A stretch of 52,487 nt of DNA, filler included, from Sphacelaria rigidula (taxonomy: Eukaryota): assembly GCA_964200075.2 (NCBI GenBank). It is 4 parts of 4 records of this genome, joined end to end, with 100 filler letters (N's around TTAATTAATTAA, not from the genome) between each part and the next. Parts side by side here need not be neighbours in the genome. Positions count along the whole stretch, not along the records: positions 1 to 13,048 come from CAXNAA020003204.1; positions 13,149 to 26,195 come from CAXNAA020003205.1; 2 more parts are not named here. One strand, written 5' to 3'. The translations under genes and the position numbers were made by a program. Under the pieces are notes generated by a model. That model was not told the origin of the DNA, did not search any database, and saw only the letters and a program-made list of their open reading frames with translations. Numbering within the stretch: the stretch's first letter is position 1; the number at the start of each line of letters is the position of its first letter. Shown piece by piece: positions 10,543 through 23,180 of the stretch.

Positions 10543-12914
10543 TGGGGAAGGGGGGGGAGGGGCGTACTCATTAGCTGCTTGCCTTAGTCGTTCGACCATC
10601 GACCACGCATCTCTTTTGAGACGGAGCACCGTTCCTACTCCTTATAGAGACACCTTCAACATTTGGGTGCCCATTACGTTTCTTCCATACATTACAAAAA
10701 ACCTTCTACATATCTTATTCCCGTCCTGTTTCGCCGTCTCTGGCCACTATCTATCTCCTAGTATAGCCATCGTTTTCTCGCTACTGTCTAATACATCAAA
10801 CGATTTCATGTCACCTTCGTTCACGTCCCGCATCTTCCCCTCTAGCACGTCCCATTCCTCCTTGTATAGTTCACATTCTGCCACTATATGGCTTCTGTTC
10901 TCTACTGCTTTGCCACAGGGGCAGTTCTGTGCATCTACTTCCTCCTCCTTTCGACGACTGGTAAATCTCTTCCTTCTTTCTGGCAGGTCCAGGTCCCCCA
11001 CGCGAAATCGCAACTTATATTTTTCGCAGCGTCCATTGGGCCATGTAAAAATGTTTTCATCCTTATCCCCTCTCTCAACTACCCATATATCTCCAGGTGT
11101 TCTTTCTCGTCTACTTTGCGTCTCAGAGCTCCTTTTCCCTTATTTTTATCATGTCTCTTACTTTCGTCTTGTACCCCCCGCCTTCATCTATGGACAGTTT
11201 TTCCTCTTTGTTTCCTTCCATCTATTTCCATATTTTCTCGACCTCTCTATCCCACCTTATTTCAGCCTTCCCTTTCGTATTTTCTTCCATACAGCCCTAT
11301 CAACTAAAGCTGGCAATTTTTTTCTCTGCGTGTTCTTCACGCTATATTGCCATCGCAATTTCCTCATGTATCTGCTTGTTTCAGGTGAATACATTCCCAA
11401 CTCTGGTTTCAATGCTGTACTGTATTACTCGTCGTTTCCGAGCATCCAAGTGTCTTCTTAGCTGCTGCCATCTGTACTGTTTCTACCTTCTTCACCGATT
11501 TCACGTTGCCCTCCCATACTTCTCCTGCACATTGCAGCTTTGGTACAGTCACCTTCATCAGGATACATATCTCAATCCTAGTGTCTGGGTGTGAGTGTCT
11601 GAGGATCACGTCCAACCTGTCCATCTGTGCCTCACCCTTTTCTATTACTTTGCTTATATCTGCATCCCAAGAACAGTTTTCTGAGGGCTATACGCCATGG
11701 TATGTGTACTGGTCTACGATCGGCAATGCTTTTTCTGCCTACTTCCATTTAAACTCTACCGGATTTTTCTCATCTTCGTCACAGACGAGTACCGCGCATT
11801 TGTTGACGTTCGTTGTCACTCTCCATTTCCTACTGTATTCTACCACCTTGTCCATCTGTTTCTGTAATCCTTCTGGTGTTCCTGCAATCCCCACAAAATC
11901 GCCCGCGAACATCATTCCTGATACCATATCTTTACCCACCTAGACCCCTTACTTTGCTGCTTCTATTGCTTTTGTCAGGTTTTCAACAAATACCTTGAAT
12001 AGAGTGGGTGACAACGTACATCCTTGTGCAACTCCTTGCAAGATATCAAAGTATTTCGATATTTCCCCGTCTAGCATCATCGCACACTTTTGGCACATTC
12101 CGTCATCTTTACCATTCTCCATATTTTCCTCTGATCCCAGCTTCCCACAGATTTTTCCACAGCCCATTTCTCCATACTGTGTCATAAGCCTTTCGCACGT
12201 CCAGGAAGAGACAGTACGTTGTCCGCCCGGTGTCTTTCCTACCTTGAATAATTTTACCTAGTGTGTACACATGGTCTACGCAACTACGNNNNNNNNNNTT
12301 TGTTCTATATCCTGCTTGTCCCTCGCTGATTTTGTCTTCCTGTTATAGCATCGTTCCTACTCTATCGTTCGGAATCTTACAGAATGCTTTCCCTACCGTG
12401 CTTAGTAGCGTTATCCCTTTACAATTTCCTGGATCAGCCTTGTCTTCTTTATTGGAGAGGTTTATGACTACTCCTTCTCTCCACCTCTTGGCCGTGTACT
12501 CGTTCTCCCAGATCAAGTTATACAGCATTACCATCATGGTAATCATTCCCTACTCCCCGTGCCTTGGAGTTAGTTCACTATTTCGTCTACCCTTGTTGCC
12601 TTTTTGTTCTTGGGTTTAGCTACGCACTCCTTCACTTCATCTCTGGTGAACTCTCTCTGCAATTCTGTCGAGCTCTACCCTCCCGTTTTGACGTCTCTAC
12701 ATTTGCCTCTGCCCACGCGTTGATTGCTGTTTCGAATTTCATGTCGAACCCCGTGGTTGTTTTTGGTGTCCCTAGTTTACGGTAGTTCTCGACTAGCCCG
12801 TCTCTCTTCCCCTTCGAACTACTGACGGTCATTTTACCATTCTGTGCCCGGAGTGTGGTTATCCCCTTGTCCATCTTCCCTGCCTGGTTTCCCGTTATCC
12901 CTTTTATCCCTGCC
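10543..12914 (-). mobile_element. 5'-truncated, degenerate LINE (RT and C-terminal region) with C-rich 3' tail
   Basis: Minus-strand fragments ADPGNCKGITLLS, QGVAQGCTLSPTLF and MMFAGDF, plus C-terminal CPCGKAVENRSHIVAEC. Frameshifts and stops are present. The 3' end is ...AATGAGTACGCCCC followed by a C-tract. Confidence 0.9.
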
Positions 12915-12976
12915 AGGGGGCAGCGCGAAATAAAATCAGGACATACAGGCCTCAAGATCGAAAAATTGAGCTTTTG

Positions 12977-13048
12977 AGGGGGGCGTACTCATTTGTTGCT
13001 TGCCTTAGTCGTTTGACCATTGACCACGCATCCCCTTCGAGACGGAGC
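12977..13048 (-). mobile_element. 3' terminus of another copy of the same LINE (cut by contig end)
   Basis: GGGGGGCGTACTCATTTGTTGCTTGCCTTAGTCGTTTGACCATTGACCACGCATCCC, nearly identical to 10561-10627. Confidence 0.85.
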
Positions 13049-13148
13049 NNNNNNNNNNNNNNNNNNNNNNNNNNNNNNNNNNNNNNNNNNNNTTAATTAA
13101 TTAANNNNNNNNNNNNNNNNNNNNNNNNNNNNNNNNNNNNNNNNNNNN
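13049..13148. other. Artificial contig-join spacer
   Basis: N44-TTAATTAATTAA-N44, with stops in all six frames. Identical to the spacers at 26196 and 39342. Confidence 0.97.
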
Positions 13149-13224
13149 CGTCCCGGCTTTGTAGGGATGCGAGGTCAATGACCATATGGCTATGGCATGC
13201 ATGATCATGAGTACACCCTCCCCC
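13149..13224 (+). mobile_element. 3' terminus of a related LINE subfamily with C-tail
   Basis: CGTCCCGGCTTTGTAGGGATGCGAGGTCAATG...CATGAGTACACCCTCCCCCC. Further copies lie at about 13660-13753 and 39442-39517. Confidence 0.7.
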
Positions 13225-14655
13225 CTTGGGGTTGGCGTCGGTTGGCAACGACGCTGTATAAAAAGCCACTCACTGCTGAGCTAGGCGACCAGGTTACATT
13301 TGTTTTTTGCGCTTGAGTTTTTTTGCGGTAACCATGATAATGGTCGAACTATCGTAGATCATATTGTGCGCGATGGGAGAACCTCAACTCCGCGCAAAGG
13401 AGATCATACTACTTAGTGTCCGAATGGTGCGACATCCATGAGGCAGCATGGAACCCGTAGCTGTCTCTGGAGGTGGTGATACCAGAAAATGAAGCAACCC
13501 GTGTGAGGCTATCATTCATACGTAAAAAAATCAGTAGGCTGCGGGTCGAACAATGTTCCGCAGGACGCAGCTCACCCTTCGTGAGACTCGCCGAGCACAT
13601 CACGGCGCTTCGCGTTTGGTGACTGATTGCGAGCCTGGTCCAGCGAAAACCCGGCGTGGTCCGTATCGGTTTTATAGGGATGCGAGGTCAACAGTTTTAC
13701 GACTACGGCATGCAAGTTCATGGGTATGAGTAGGCGCCTCCCCACCCCCCCCCGTCGGAGGCAGTCGGAAATGAGTCAACATTTTTGAGTGAAACTTATA
13801 TTTTTTAAGTTTTTGCAAGCAAGCGTTTCGACAACACCTCACGAAAAAAGGATCTGTAAGTGTCCAGCTCACCGGCAGGTTTTGCGGAGTCACTTTCTAT
13901 TGGTGGGCCGTGAGGGGGAGGAGCGGGGACGGGGAGCGACCGCTGGATAATGGCTTGTGAGTCGTGCGGATCGGAAGTAAAGTCGTATATTGATCCAGTT
14001 ATTCTACGTCTTGGTTTACCATGTTGTTCTGTTCCAGCTTTTCTGTTTCTTCTTTTTTCTTCAGCGCGTGTTTCGGTTTTGTTTCGTCTCGTGTACGTCT
14101 ATCATGTGGGGGGTCAGTTGAAGTGCGACAATCATCGCAACTGTCCAACCTACCGTATGAGCCAACACTGTGATTATGACCCCCCACAGAACTTAGTACC
14201 GTCATCATCATTACTCGTATCTCAGGCGTTTCACCTTCTCGAAACGGGCTTTTCCCAGCTCCGAGGTTAAGGGTGATGGCCTGCAGTAGGTAGGCCCCGT
14301 TGATAATGCAGACATACCATCATGAACGGACACAAAAAACAGGACTCGAACAATCCACGGGGTCCTACAGAACTACCTGTAGGATAAGCATACCCCCCCC
14401 CCCCTGCAAAATAAGCGTGAGATACAAAGCCAGGAACCCTGGCTATCCTTCCCGTCGACGCGGTTGAAAATGAAAAACCTACAGTAGAAGCTTTTCCTTC
14501 TTGTTTGTTCACCACCAGTGTACGTACTGGAACAAAGTCTTCACCACCTAGGGATCGGAGCTCAAAAACGAGGAGTTCCGATGTTTCACTTTTTTTCAGG
14601 GTGCCGTTGGGAACGGTCTGTACAGTGGATTACGACTTCCAAGTCTTTGACCGCC

Positions 14656-15007
14656 GCGCCCCGGTGGTGTAATGGTCCGACTGTCGCCATTAGGGTGGGG
14701 AGAACGAGGGTTTGACTCCCGATGCGTTGTGTTTTTTCTTCATAATGTCTGATTTTCACCGTGAAAAGCGTGAGACCCTGAGTAAGCAAAGTAGTTGACT
14801 GAGTTTGTCTGAGGTGAGTTGACGCGGTGCGGGAGTGCGGATCCAATCCGCGAGACCCAAACGCAAGGCGTATACCGGGGAGAGATGGGTTGATCCCTTG
14901 AGACCACGGACTCATCCCGAGGAAGGGGAAGGGTTCAGAGTGCGATAAGTAAAATCAATGAAAAATAATAAGATAAATAAACAAAATAAAAAACAACATT
15001 AATAAAA
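14656..15007 (+). mobile_element. tRNA-derived SINE-like element (family B)
   Basis: Head GCGCCCCGGTGGTGTAATGGT (A box) and GGTTTGACTCCC (B-box-like). The core TGATCCCTTGAGACCACGGACTCATCCCGAG is shared with 33515-33546. An A-rich tail follows. Confidence 0.55.
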
Positions 15008-16857
15008 GTCGCGCGGCGAATTGCGAAATACGTCGCACGCTGCTATCAATTGTGCAACCTGCTGTACCAGCACACGCCTGTACGCGTCAGAAATGGAGCA
15101 ATGCCTGAAAGGTAGTCATCAGTAACACTATCATCGTACGTCTACTACGAACGGCGATGTAGTTCAATCGTGCCAGATGTAAGGTACACTCTGCAATACC
15201 AGTCGGCATAAAATTGCTTTGATGCGTCAGTGACAGACAGACCCTCTGCTTTGATTGCCTTCAGGTAACCGTACTGTACCGCATGCATACACGACCTTCA
15301 AACAATATGATACTAGTTGACGAGAGAGTAAGTAAAACAGGGGGTTGTGTCGCTGTGGCGTTGCTAAAGCACAAGTTGACGTAAAGTGTTTGTTCTGGGA
15401 TTGAACCCGAATAAAATACTTGGTCAGGTAAACCTCAATGAATTGTAAAACAAGTGTCTTGTCAAATCGAAACAGTATTATCTGGCTCTGGAGACATGTT
15501 TGCATCTTGATATTGCCGCTGTGCGCTACTGTACAGCGGTAACCTTCACCGTACCACATCATACTGTAGTACACTTCTGGCGTACAGTTTTGCTGTATGT
15601 TGCACTCGGTGAAGATACCGCGTCATTTATGCGCTTGGTTGAAGCGTTCATTCTCACGACCAGCCTTTCCCAGTGTTGTTTATTTTCGATAATATGGAGG
15701 CGGTAATTTTGAAAGTTAGACGCCCAAACACAGCGCACCTGGCGTCTGATGATGCTGATACTTCACGAATGTGCAGCTTGAAGCCGCAGGTGGGTGTTGA
15801 CGCAGCTGTTTCGGAGACCCATGGCGTCTTGTGCACTGCGTGGCTTGAAAGGATGATTATACACGACGCTGAACTGTTTCGGAACAACTTCTCACTTTCT
15901 ACTCACATTGCAAGAGGGACACGATATGAAATCGACGCGAAGGCAGCCAGCAACGTGTTGGTGAGATTGAGAGTAGAGCGCTGATTGAGAGTGCCCTTGA
16001 TCATCCGCTTTAACTTAGCCAATTTTTCATTCCGTGTGTGGTTCACTTTGCCTCCATCACTAGCGTGTGCTTACAGCTACACGTCGATATCCTACTCAAG
16101 GATATCGAGGGCCCAAGTGGCGAGCTACTGCAGACAGCATATCGGGCGTCGTTCGGGAGCATTTCGGAACTGAAACGATTCATTCACTTAACGACCGCTT
16201 TTCACTCCCAATCGTTTCAATCTCACGAAAACATTGTTAGCCCTAGATCCTGCCAGCTTTGTCGTTTAGGTAAGGCGCTTGTCCGCCGACGCTGGCAGTA
16301 GCACTGGAAACAATCGCCAGTCGAGATTTTCCATCTGTGAGGCAGATGCGCATAGGTTTTATACGCTGTCTTGCGCAAGACGCGGCCGTACAGCCGAGCC
16401 GAACAGAATAGCGTCTTCTGCCAAGGGCCACCGTGAAGCTGTTCGGGAACGGGGCAACGTCTCCATGTACGTAGTGCCGGACTTGGGCTTCCCGAGACCA
16501 TGATGGTCTGACGAGGAAAGGGGCGGTTACTGTAGTCTTTTTATATCAGAATCAACCCGAAATCCTTGTAGGCAACGCAGGCAACACCCGTACAGGAATA
16601 ACTTGAGCTTTTTCCGACATGAACGTGATCGACGTAGCCCGGAGTTTTGTACTCCTTCACTTGGTTCCAGGATGGGAAAGGGTGCAAACTGCAATTTTCA
16701 ATTTTCATGTATGAATCTTGCGTATGCCAGCCCTGCCGAGGCGTTGTTGATTTCGCAACGTCAGTACTACGGCACTCGTTGTACTGCCAGCTGGAAGTAT
16801 ACAGTGCCAACTCCGTCGTATATCATCATTCCTCGATACATTTCGTTTATCAAGTAC

Positions 16858-17470
16858 GAGCTGGGCCAGCCAACGGTGGGTAGTTTTCTCGCTCAGGCGA
16901 CGCACGGCGTAAAATTAGAAGTTGGACGCTGAAACTTTGACAGCAGCTTATTATGATCGACATGCAGAACATCCCGAGAGCAGCAAAGAAAAAAAAAGAA
17001 GAGAAAGTGATGGGGATTTGAAATTTCAACAAAAACAAGATAATGTCCCAAGTCCAGGATAAAAATGAGGATCTGCAGCTGCTCCCGGGATGTATCATTT
17101 CTTTGGGTGCAGAAGGTCTTCGTGAAATTTCAGCTCAAGAGTCGTCGGATTGGGCCGTGCGTGCAACGTATTGCGTGACGCTGCTGCATCGCACATATAC
17201 GCAGTGCGGGATGATTGCTGACGTGAACCCACCGCAGTAAATAAAATAACGCACTCCGACACGCTATCGCCCAATGGTATAAGACGCACCCCGTATTCTA
17301 TGCAGAACAATAACGTCACCGGCAACTCGACGCCAATCAAACAGCGACGCAGTCCTTTGCCATCAGGTGAGTCTACAGTTCACAGTGATAAGTCTACATC
17401 GGGTTCATTCGGGAAACTGGGAAAGCTCTGGTGTGGGCAACTTTTAGCCGCCTGTAAGCTGGCCCAGCTC
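16858..17470. mobile_element. 613-bp non-autonomous DNA element with GAG..CTC TIRs and GTAC TSD (Sola-like)
   Basis: GTAC|GAGCTGGGCCAGC ... GCTGGCCCAGCTC|GTAC. The inverted match is perfect over 16852-16870 and 17458-17476. Confidence 0.6.
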
Positions 17471-20400
17471 GTACTTCCTTCCTCCGCAGTGGCACCTCCT
17501 TCACCATACGGGGGCCTCAGCCTGCGGCATGGTCTGTAGCGCCACGTTGCCGGGCTCATATGGACACATCTTTTCCCAGGACGTCTGCCCCTCACGTCTC
17601 CACATATTTGACGCCTTGGAGCATGACCGTTTCCAACGACAGCCGCGGGTCCTGGATCATATCTTCTGTAAAATGCCTCCATATTATTGAAAAGGAACAC
17701 TGTTTCTTCGTGTTTGCAAGCTAGCAAAGAACGCCACACTGTCAGTGGCGAATCAAGGCTACGTACAAAAGCTAAGTCCAGTACGTCGTGACATCCTGGT
17801 ATCTTCAAGGTTGTCCAGCTTCTGCCGTGTCGTATGATTTGTGGCATCGGCAAAGCCCGTCAACGAATCACAATGGAGTTCTGTTGGTCTGCACATCATG
17901 TGTATATCTTTCTTGTTCCAGGAGAGTCAGCACTCAAGATTTCTGCATTTCATGTCAACACGACAGTATACAGAACGTACGGGCCCAAGCCCAGGTCGTG
18001 CTAAAGTCAAGTCAAGGGGAGTTTTGGGCTAATTGTTCAGACACGGTATCGAACTACAACCAAGGTGTTCGGTTGACAAGGTTTATATTCACTCGCAAAA
18101 ACTCTTGTCAGAGTCATCGGCGTTGCCCTCGTGAGGTAGGAAGCGGTGTACCACGAGAGCAGCGGTATCTAGCGACACCACGGAGCTGGTCGGTGCGCGC
18201 GGGGGGGGGGGAGGGGGACGTAAACACCAAAGCAAGGGACGAACTCCTGCTGCCCTCTTACCACGCCACCTCATTTAGCTACAAGTGTCAAATATAGTTT
18301 GCCTCGCACGTACAGGATGCATTTCAATGGCAGGTGGGTGAAAACAGTTGGTCGGGTACACAACTACTGCAGCGAGAAACCGACGGGGAACGGAAAGGGA
18401 CGTAGGGTTTGTGGCCAAACCAACTTGGTACAGCAGCGCGCACTGACGTTCTGGCAAATTGCGAACGATACCCGCACGTACCCGATCAATCATTTTGACA
18501 GTCCGTCGGACTCGCTGTGTGCTGAGGTTTGCCGTGAAAAAAACGGAGTCAAGTGTAAAGTGTACAGCCCGAAAACCGGCGATAATCATCATCACCTACG
18601 AAGGTACGGAGCCGTTGGAAAAAAACAAAATGGCCGGCGCAACACTGGAACACTGCTCAAAACGGTACCTATGGTTCGATCGCCTATAAACCGCACAAGA
18701 GTAACCCCTTGACATCTCTGATCCTCAGTCTGACAATCGACATGTTTCCAATAGGAAGTGGACAGTTCATGACGTTTCACGTGCTGTAGTAACCATCATA
18801 CATGGGGCGCTGGGGCAGACTGTCCTTTGGACTTGTGAGCAGCCTTACACCGAGGATGAGCGAAGTTGGTGGTATTTTTTTCGGTGCGAAGCGCGTTTTG
18901 AATTTTCTGAGGAGTAGTGATGAGTGAAGTGACACTAGGCTTCACACTCGGTACATGAGCTTTTCTCATCATCAGTTTTTCCTCGCCCACAGAGCACGCC
19001 TTTGACCGTCACGCTTGCAACCCAACAGCACCGGATACATCGCTACATAGGCGCTAGAGAAACACGAACGCCAGCAATCTATATGACTTGCATGCAACCC
19101 AAGGTTAAAAAGCTGTCAGCGTACCTACGAGCTGCGACCCAGCTTGGATCGCAGTATCTGTGCTGTCTGTACTGTACTGCCTGCCAAGAATAACTATACT
19201 GCCTGTACTCTGTAGGTTTTCCGATGCCGGCAGACATCCAAACTATAAACGTTCACATGTTTCTGCACGCTGCCGCTGGAGCTTTGAAAAGCAGCCTCAG
19301 GCCTCCCTCCGCAGCGGGCATCGGTCCGTCAACTATCTCACATATCTCGTGCTGCCGCCTTGTTGTGTTGCTCTTTTCTTCTGAAGAGTATGGGGTGAAA
19401 AATGCACAACTGCCATATCCTATCGTATGGGGTTTGGATCGAGTGGCCGAATAAAAGAATCAAACACGACCATCTCTCACATCATATGGATTTTAGAGCG
19501 GCCGGAAGAAGTGCGGAAGATAACACCCCCGTATTACGATATTTTTAATAATACCACCAGGATGCTAATTGCTGGTACACGCAGTACAATAGTGATATCA
19601 CAGAAGGGGCGCGGGCACAAGTTGTCATACAACATATTACGGAGAAACGATCTGCACGAAATCGAGACATAACGGAGTAGATCCACGTGTGTGCCAGGGA
19701 CCCTGAAGGTGAGGCAAACATATAGCTTTGTATATACCAGTTTTACGCCAGAAAGAAGAAATGAAACTCAAAAGCCAATATGCCCGCATACAAAGGTCAT
19801 AGTAGAAGGTTTGGGATGGAGCAAGGCGCAAAAGTAGAGTTAGTTAGGACGAGCAGGGAGCCCCCCACGAAGGAGTGCCCGTCCGACACGCGACACCACT
19901 GTGATGCTGTGTTCAAGACGGGAGAGGTCGGCGCTGATTTCTGGCTGGATTGGTGACGTCTATGCGATAAATTACCGCGTTGGGTGGTATGAATAGCGTT
20001 GCCGTCATTCGTACCCTGGGGGCACAACGGCATAGCGATGTGTGGCGGCCACGCTGGGTGAACCTGGTCTGCAGCTTGCACACTGTGTTGCCAATAATGT
20101 GTAGATTCGATGGGAAAAAGAACTCCGTAATGTCGTTCGGTGCGCCAGACGCAGGACGCGATGATCTGCAGGCATCCATCGTGGTGGACTTGGACGATCT
20201 AAAGATTGTCAATTGCAACAGTTCCTTCATAAAATTCTATACAAACACTGCGATGCTCTGCGGAACGTTTTGTACTTTTGGTACTGTACTGTAGTACTGT
20301 AGCGTACTGTGCTTACTGCTGTATTTACTGTAGCGTCCTGGATTGCCAGTATCCGCACAAGTGTACTGTAGCGTCCTGTTCTGTAAAATCCAAAGGAGTG

Positions 20401-21421
20401 CCCTGGACATGGACACCTTCGTGGCACGTAGGTTGACCGAGATGGAGGTTGATCATGCACGCGAACATGGTTGCCTTGGGGCCGCAACACGCTTCGCACC
20501 ACTTGCAGCCCCTGTGGTTCGCAGTGTCTGTGCTTTACATTTCGCTGGGGTGTACCATTGTTACCGATTGCTGCCATGTTGGATTGTCCGAGCACACATG
20601 CACAGGACGATTCAATCAGCCGGGTCCTTGCGCCGGTTCCTGCAGTGATTAGGCAGCTGATGCATGAAGCCTGTGTCTTAATGTGGGGGTCACGGCGGAT
20701 GGAAGATATGCCAGAACTCCATCTTCGTAGGCAGCTGAGTGGCAGCGACGGTTCAGCGCCGCATAGTGATGGTGGTGACAGTCGCAACGATCGCGCCACG
20801 GCCCCCGCATTTATCGTTGTGCTGCTCCTTCGCAGGTCTGTGAGCATGGGCACCCACTGCGGGGATCTCGGGGCGATAGACGACCTCTCGCACGAAGGAC
20901 AACGAGACGCACCTGGGACACCGGGGAGATGCACGGAGTCCGAATCATTCCAGGATTAACCTCTGTTTTTGGTCTCCACCTCATGGTATGCTCTCCGTAG
21001 CAGTGCAGATGTTGGCAGCCGATCTTTTTTACCACGGTAGAAGCCCGTGTGTTTGCAATTTCCATTGTCAGGCGCTGCGATTGTCCGTCGGCGGGGGGGC
21101 ACATGCTGTGTAATTCTGTTCACAGGGAAGGTTTCTGTCGCGGGTGGTGTTCAGAGAGAAATGGTCACGCACGAGAAACCCCCTTACGCAGAGTCAACAT
21201 AACATAGAACTCTGAGGTCATGTCCACCGAGCGCTTCTTCATCACCGCCCCATCGCCGTCGCCACCCCCCGTCGATTTCTTCATCGCCTGCGTCAATACC
21301 GGCGGCAGGAGGTGCCGCCTGGAAGCCTTGCAGACATCCGCGCGACGGCAGCGGGAAATCCCGCTGAAGAATCCGCCGAACGGTCAGGTAGGCGCCGACG
21401 CTGCTGACGCTGTGATAGGGT

Positions 21422-22296
21422 TAAGCTTTAGCCCCGTAAGCACTTAAGGTTTCGCCTAATCTGAGGTTTTGGGGCTTAAATAAGCCTTTTTTTTCAAAGC
21501 TTGAAACGAGCTTAATTTTTTTGCAAAGCTCATAATGTGCTCGAAAAGCGCATGAAATTGCGAGATTTGTTTTGCGCCTCCTGCAGCCATCGTATCAGCT
21601 GCCTGGAAGTGCCCCCCATGGCCCATGGCGTGATTCGTGACTGGTCATTAGAGAGGCTTTAATACTCCAAACCGCCATGGTTGTGGGCCTGATCCGACGA
21701 ACGTTTCTGTGAATAGTTCATATGTGCGATACTACGTTGAGTCGAAAAATGTCATCAGGGTTTTGTACAATAGTTGTGACATGGGGTGGGGCCCATCGTA
21801 CATTGTACAACGTACAACCTAACCTACAGCGTTCTGGAGGGATAACCAGTGAAAGCAGGAGAAAATCTTGTAGCTTGTAGCTTGCTGGGCTACAGGCCAA
21901 AGGCTGCGATATCCCATGTCCGGAGGCTACTTTGCCCCACTGCTGCATCATGTATCATGAGTGCACGAGTATGTAGTGGCATTTGTTGTTTCGACAGGTC
22001 GTTTGGGGTGGCCTTCGAACTCAATGATAGAAGAAAAGTCCTATTTTCCAATAGAAAAAACAACATTTCAGCTTCGAATACCCGAATTTTCCACTCCTCC
22101 TCATCCAGGAAGGCGCACCTCGTCAGGGGATACTGCCACAATATCACAGCAACGACGCGAAGGAGGCGCATAAAGTACTGTTCCCATATTTTCGCTGAAA
22201 AAAGCTTAAAACGGGACCAAAAAGAAGGGGATAAGTATAAAGAAAAAAGCGGAGCTTAATTTGAAAAAAAAAACGAGCTTACAGAGCTCAAGCCTG
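21422..22296 (+). mobile_element. Internally deleted hAT DNA transposon
   Basis: Perfect 8-bp TSD GATAGGGT (21414-21421 and 22297-22304). Imperfect TIRs TAAGCTTTAGCCCCGTAAGC and GCTTACAGAGCTCAAGCCTG. A frameshifted relic (CWATGQRLRYP / VRRLLCPTAASCIMSARVCSG) resembles the hAT C-terminal dimerisation domain. Confidence 0.8.
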
Positions 22297-22760
22297 GATA
22301 GGGTCGGTCCTGGCGCGGGAATATGATTGGCATAGCGGCGCGCGGTCATCAGTTTTTCAACACCCACGAATATTATTCCACGTACGTCATCCCTCCCTCA
22401 ACGTGACCCGTCATCTGTGTCCGGCGGTGTCAATCCCCCCCCCTCCCGTGCAGCTGTAGCAAGTGCCGGTGGTCCTCCTCTCAGCTGCACCGGGGAAAGT
22501 CCGGGTGAAGTCTGTGCTGAAGTCCTCGACTCAGACCTCGCGCCGCAGCCGTGCGGGACTCCGCCTGTACACGGGGGGAAGAGATCACCCAGACCTCCTG
22601 GGTTCGACGGGCATCGCCTGGGGTCACGGGGACGGAAATTCAGACAGGAGAGGACCAGAAAACCGACCGCAGTGCGAGCAGCGGGGTGTGCGGTGCTCTG
22701 CACGAGCGGCTGCTCATGGCCTCCGATGGTGGCGGTATCTAAGGTAGCCATGGGGCAAAT

Positions 22761-23180
22761 GTGGGAAAAAATCGTTTCATTCTGTGCGGGTGCAAGCCGG
22801 CGGCGGCCGAGAAACACAGACCGCAACGCAACTGTAAGTGCGCACAGATGGGGAAGGATTGCCACCCGTATTGTGTGGGTGCAAGGGGCGGTGCGATCTT
22901 GCTATCGACGCGCAAACCGTTCCGATCAGCGAAGGATTGGAAGTAGTGATGGCGAATGCGGTGGACCCCGGGTGTGAAGGCGGCGACGAAGCGAAGGCGA
23001 GTCAGAGAGAAGACTGCGAGTCTCAGTGCAGTACCTCATCGGAGGAGTCATGTGATGCGGACGGAGACGCGGACGACGCCGTCGTCGAATGGTGCTTGGA
23101 GCATATTTGCGATGCTTGAGAGAGTGGATAAGGCACAGGTGCGATACCAGCCGAATCGGCGAAGCAGTTTCGTGCCAAGA
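22761..23180 (+). pseudogene. Frameshifted relic: CXC (tesmin-like) Cys cluster, acidic linker and possible chromodomain-like segment
   Basis: CGCK..RNCKCAQMGKDCHP, then a one-base shift to VLCGCKGRC. This is followed by EGGDEAK..SSEESCDADGDADD-AVVEWCLEHICDA* and, in another frame, RVDKAQVRYQPN. Confidence 0.35.

Noticed and set aside
10616..11594. Long Phe/Ser/Leu-rich ORFs (also 26398-27434 and 29851-31532) resembling membrane proteins
   Set aside because: They are antisense shadows of the purine-rich LINE coding strand.
13093..13104. Palindromic TTAATTAATTAA occurring three times at about 13.1-kb spacing
   Set aside because: It is embedded in N44 runs and is a synthetic six-frame-stop linker, not biology.
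15671..17703. Short inverted similarity (VLFIFDNMEA at 15671+ against VFLFNNMEA at 17703-), Walker-B-like
   Set aside because: Only about 28 bp, with no extension and no Walker A nearby. It may be chance.
14250..21100. Possible endogenous giant-virus (phaeovirus) segment, given the intronless, coding-like, decayed sequence
   Set aside because: I could not recognise any viral hallmark motif. A translated homology search would be needed.
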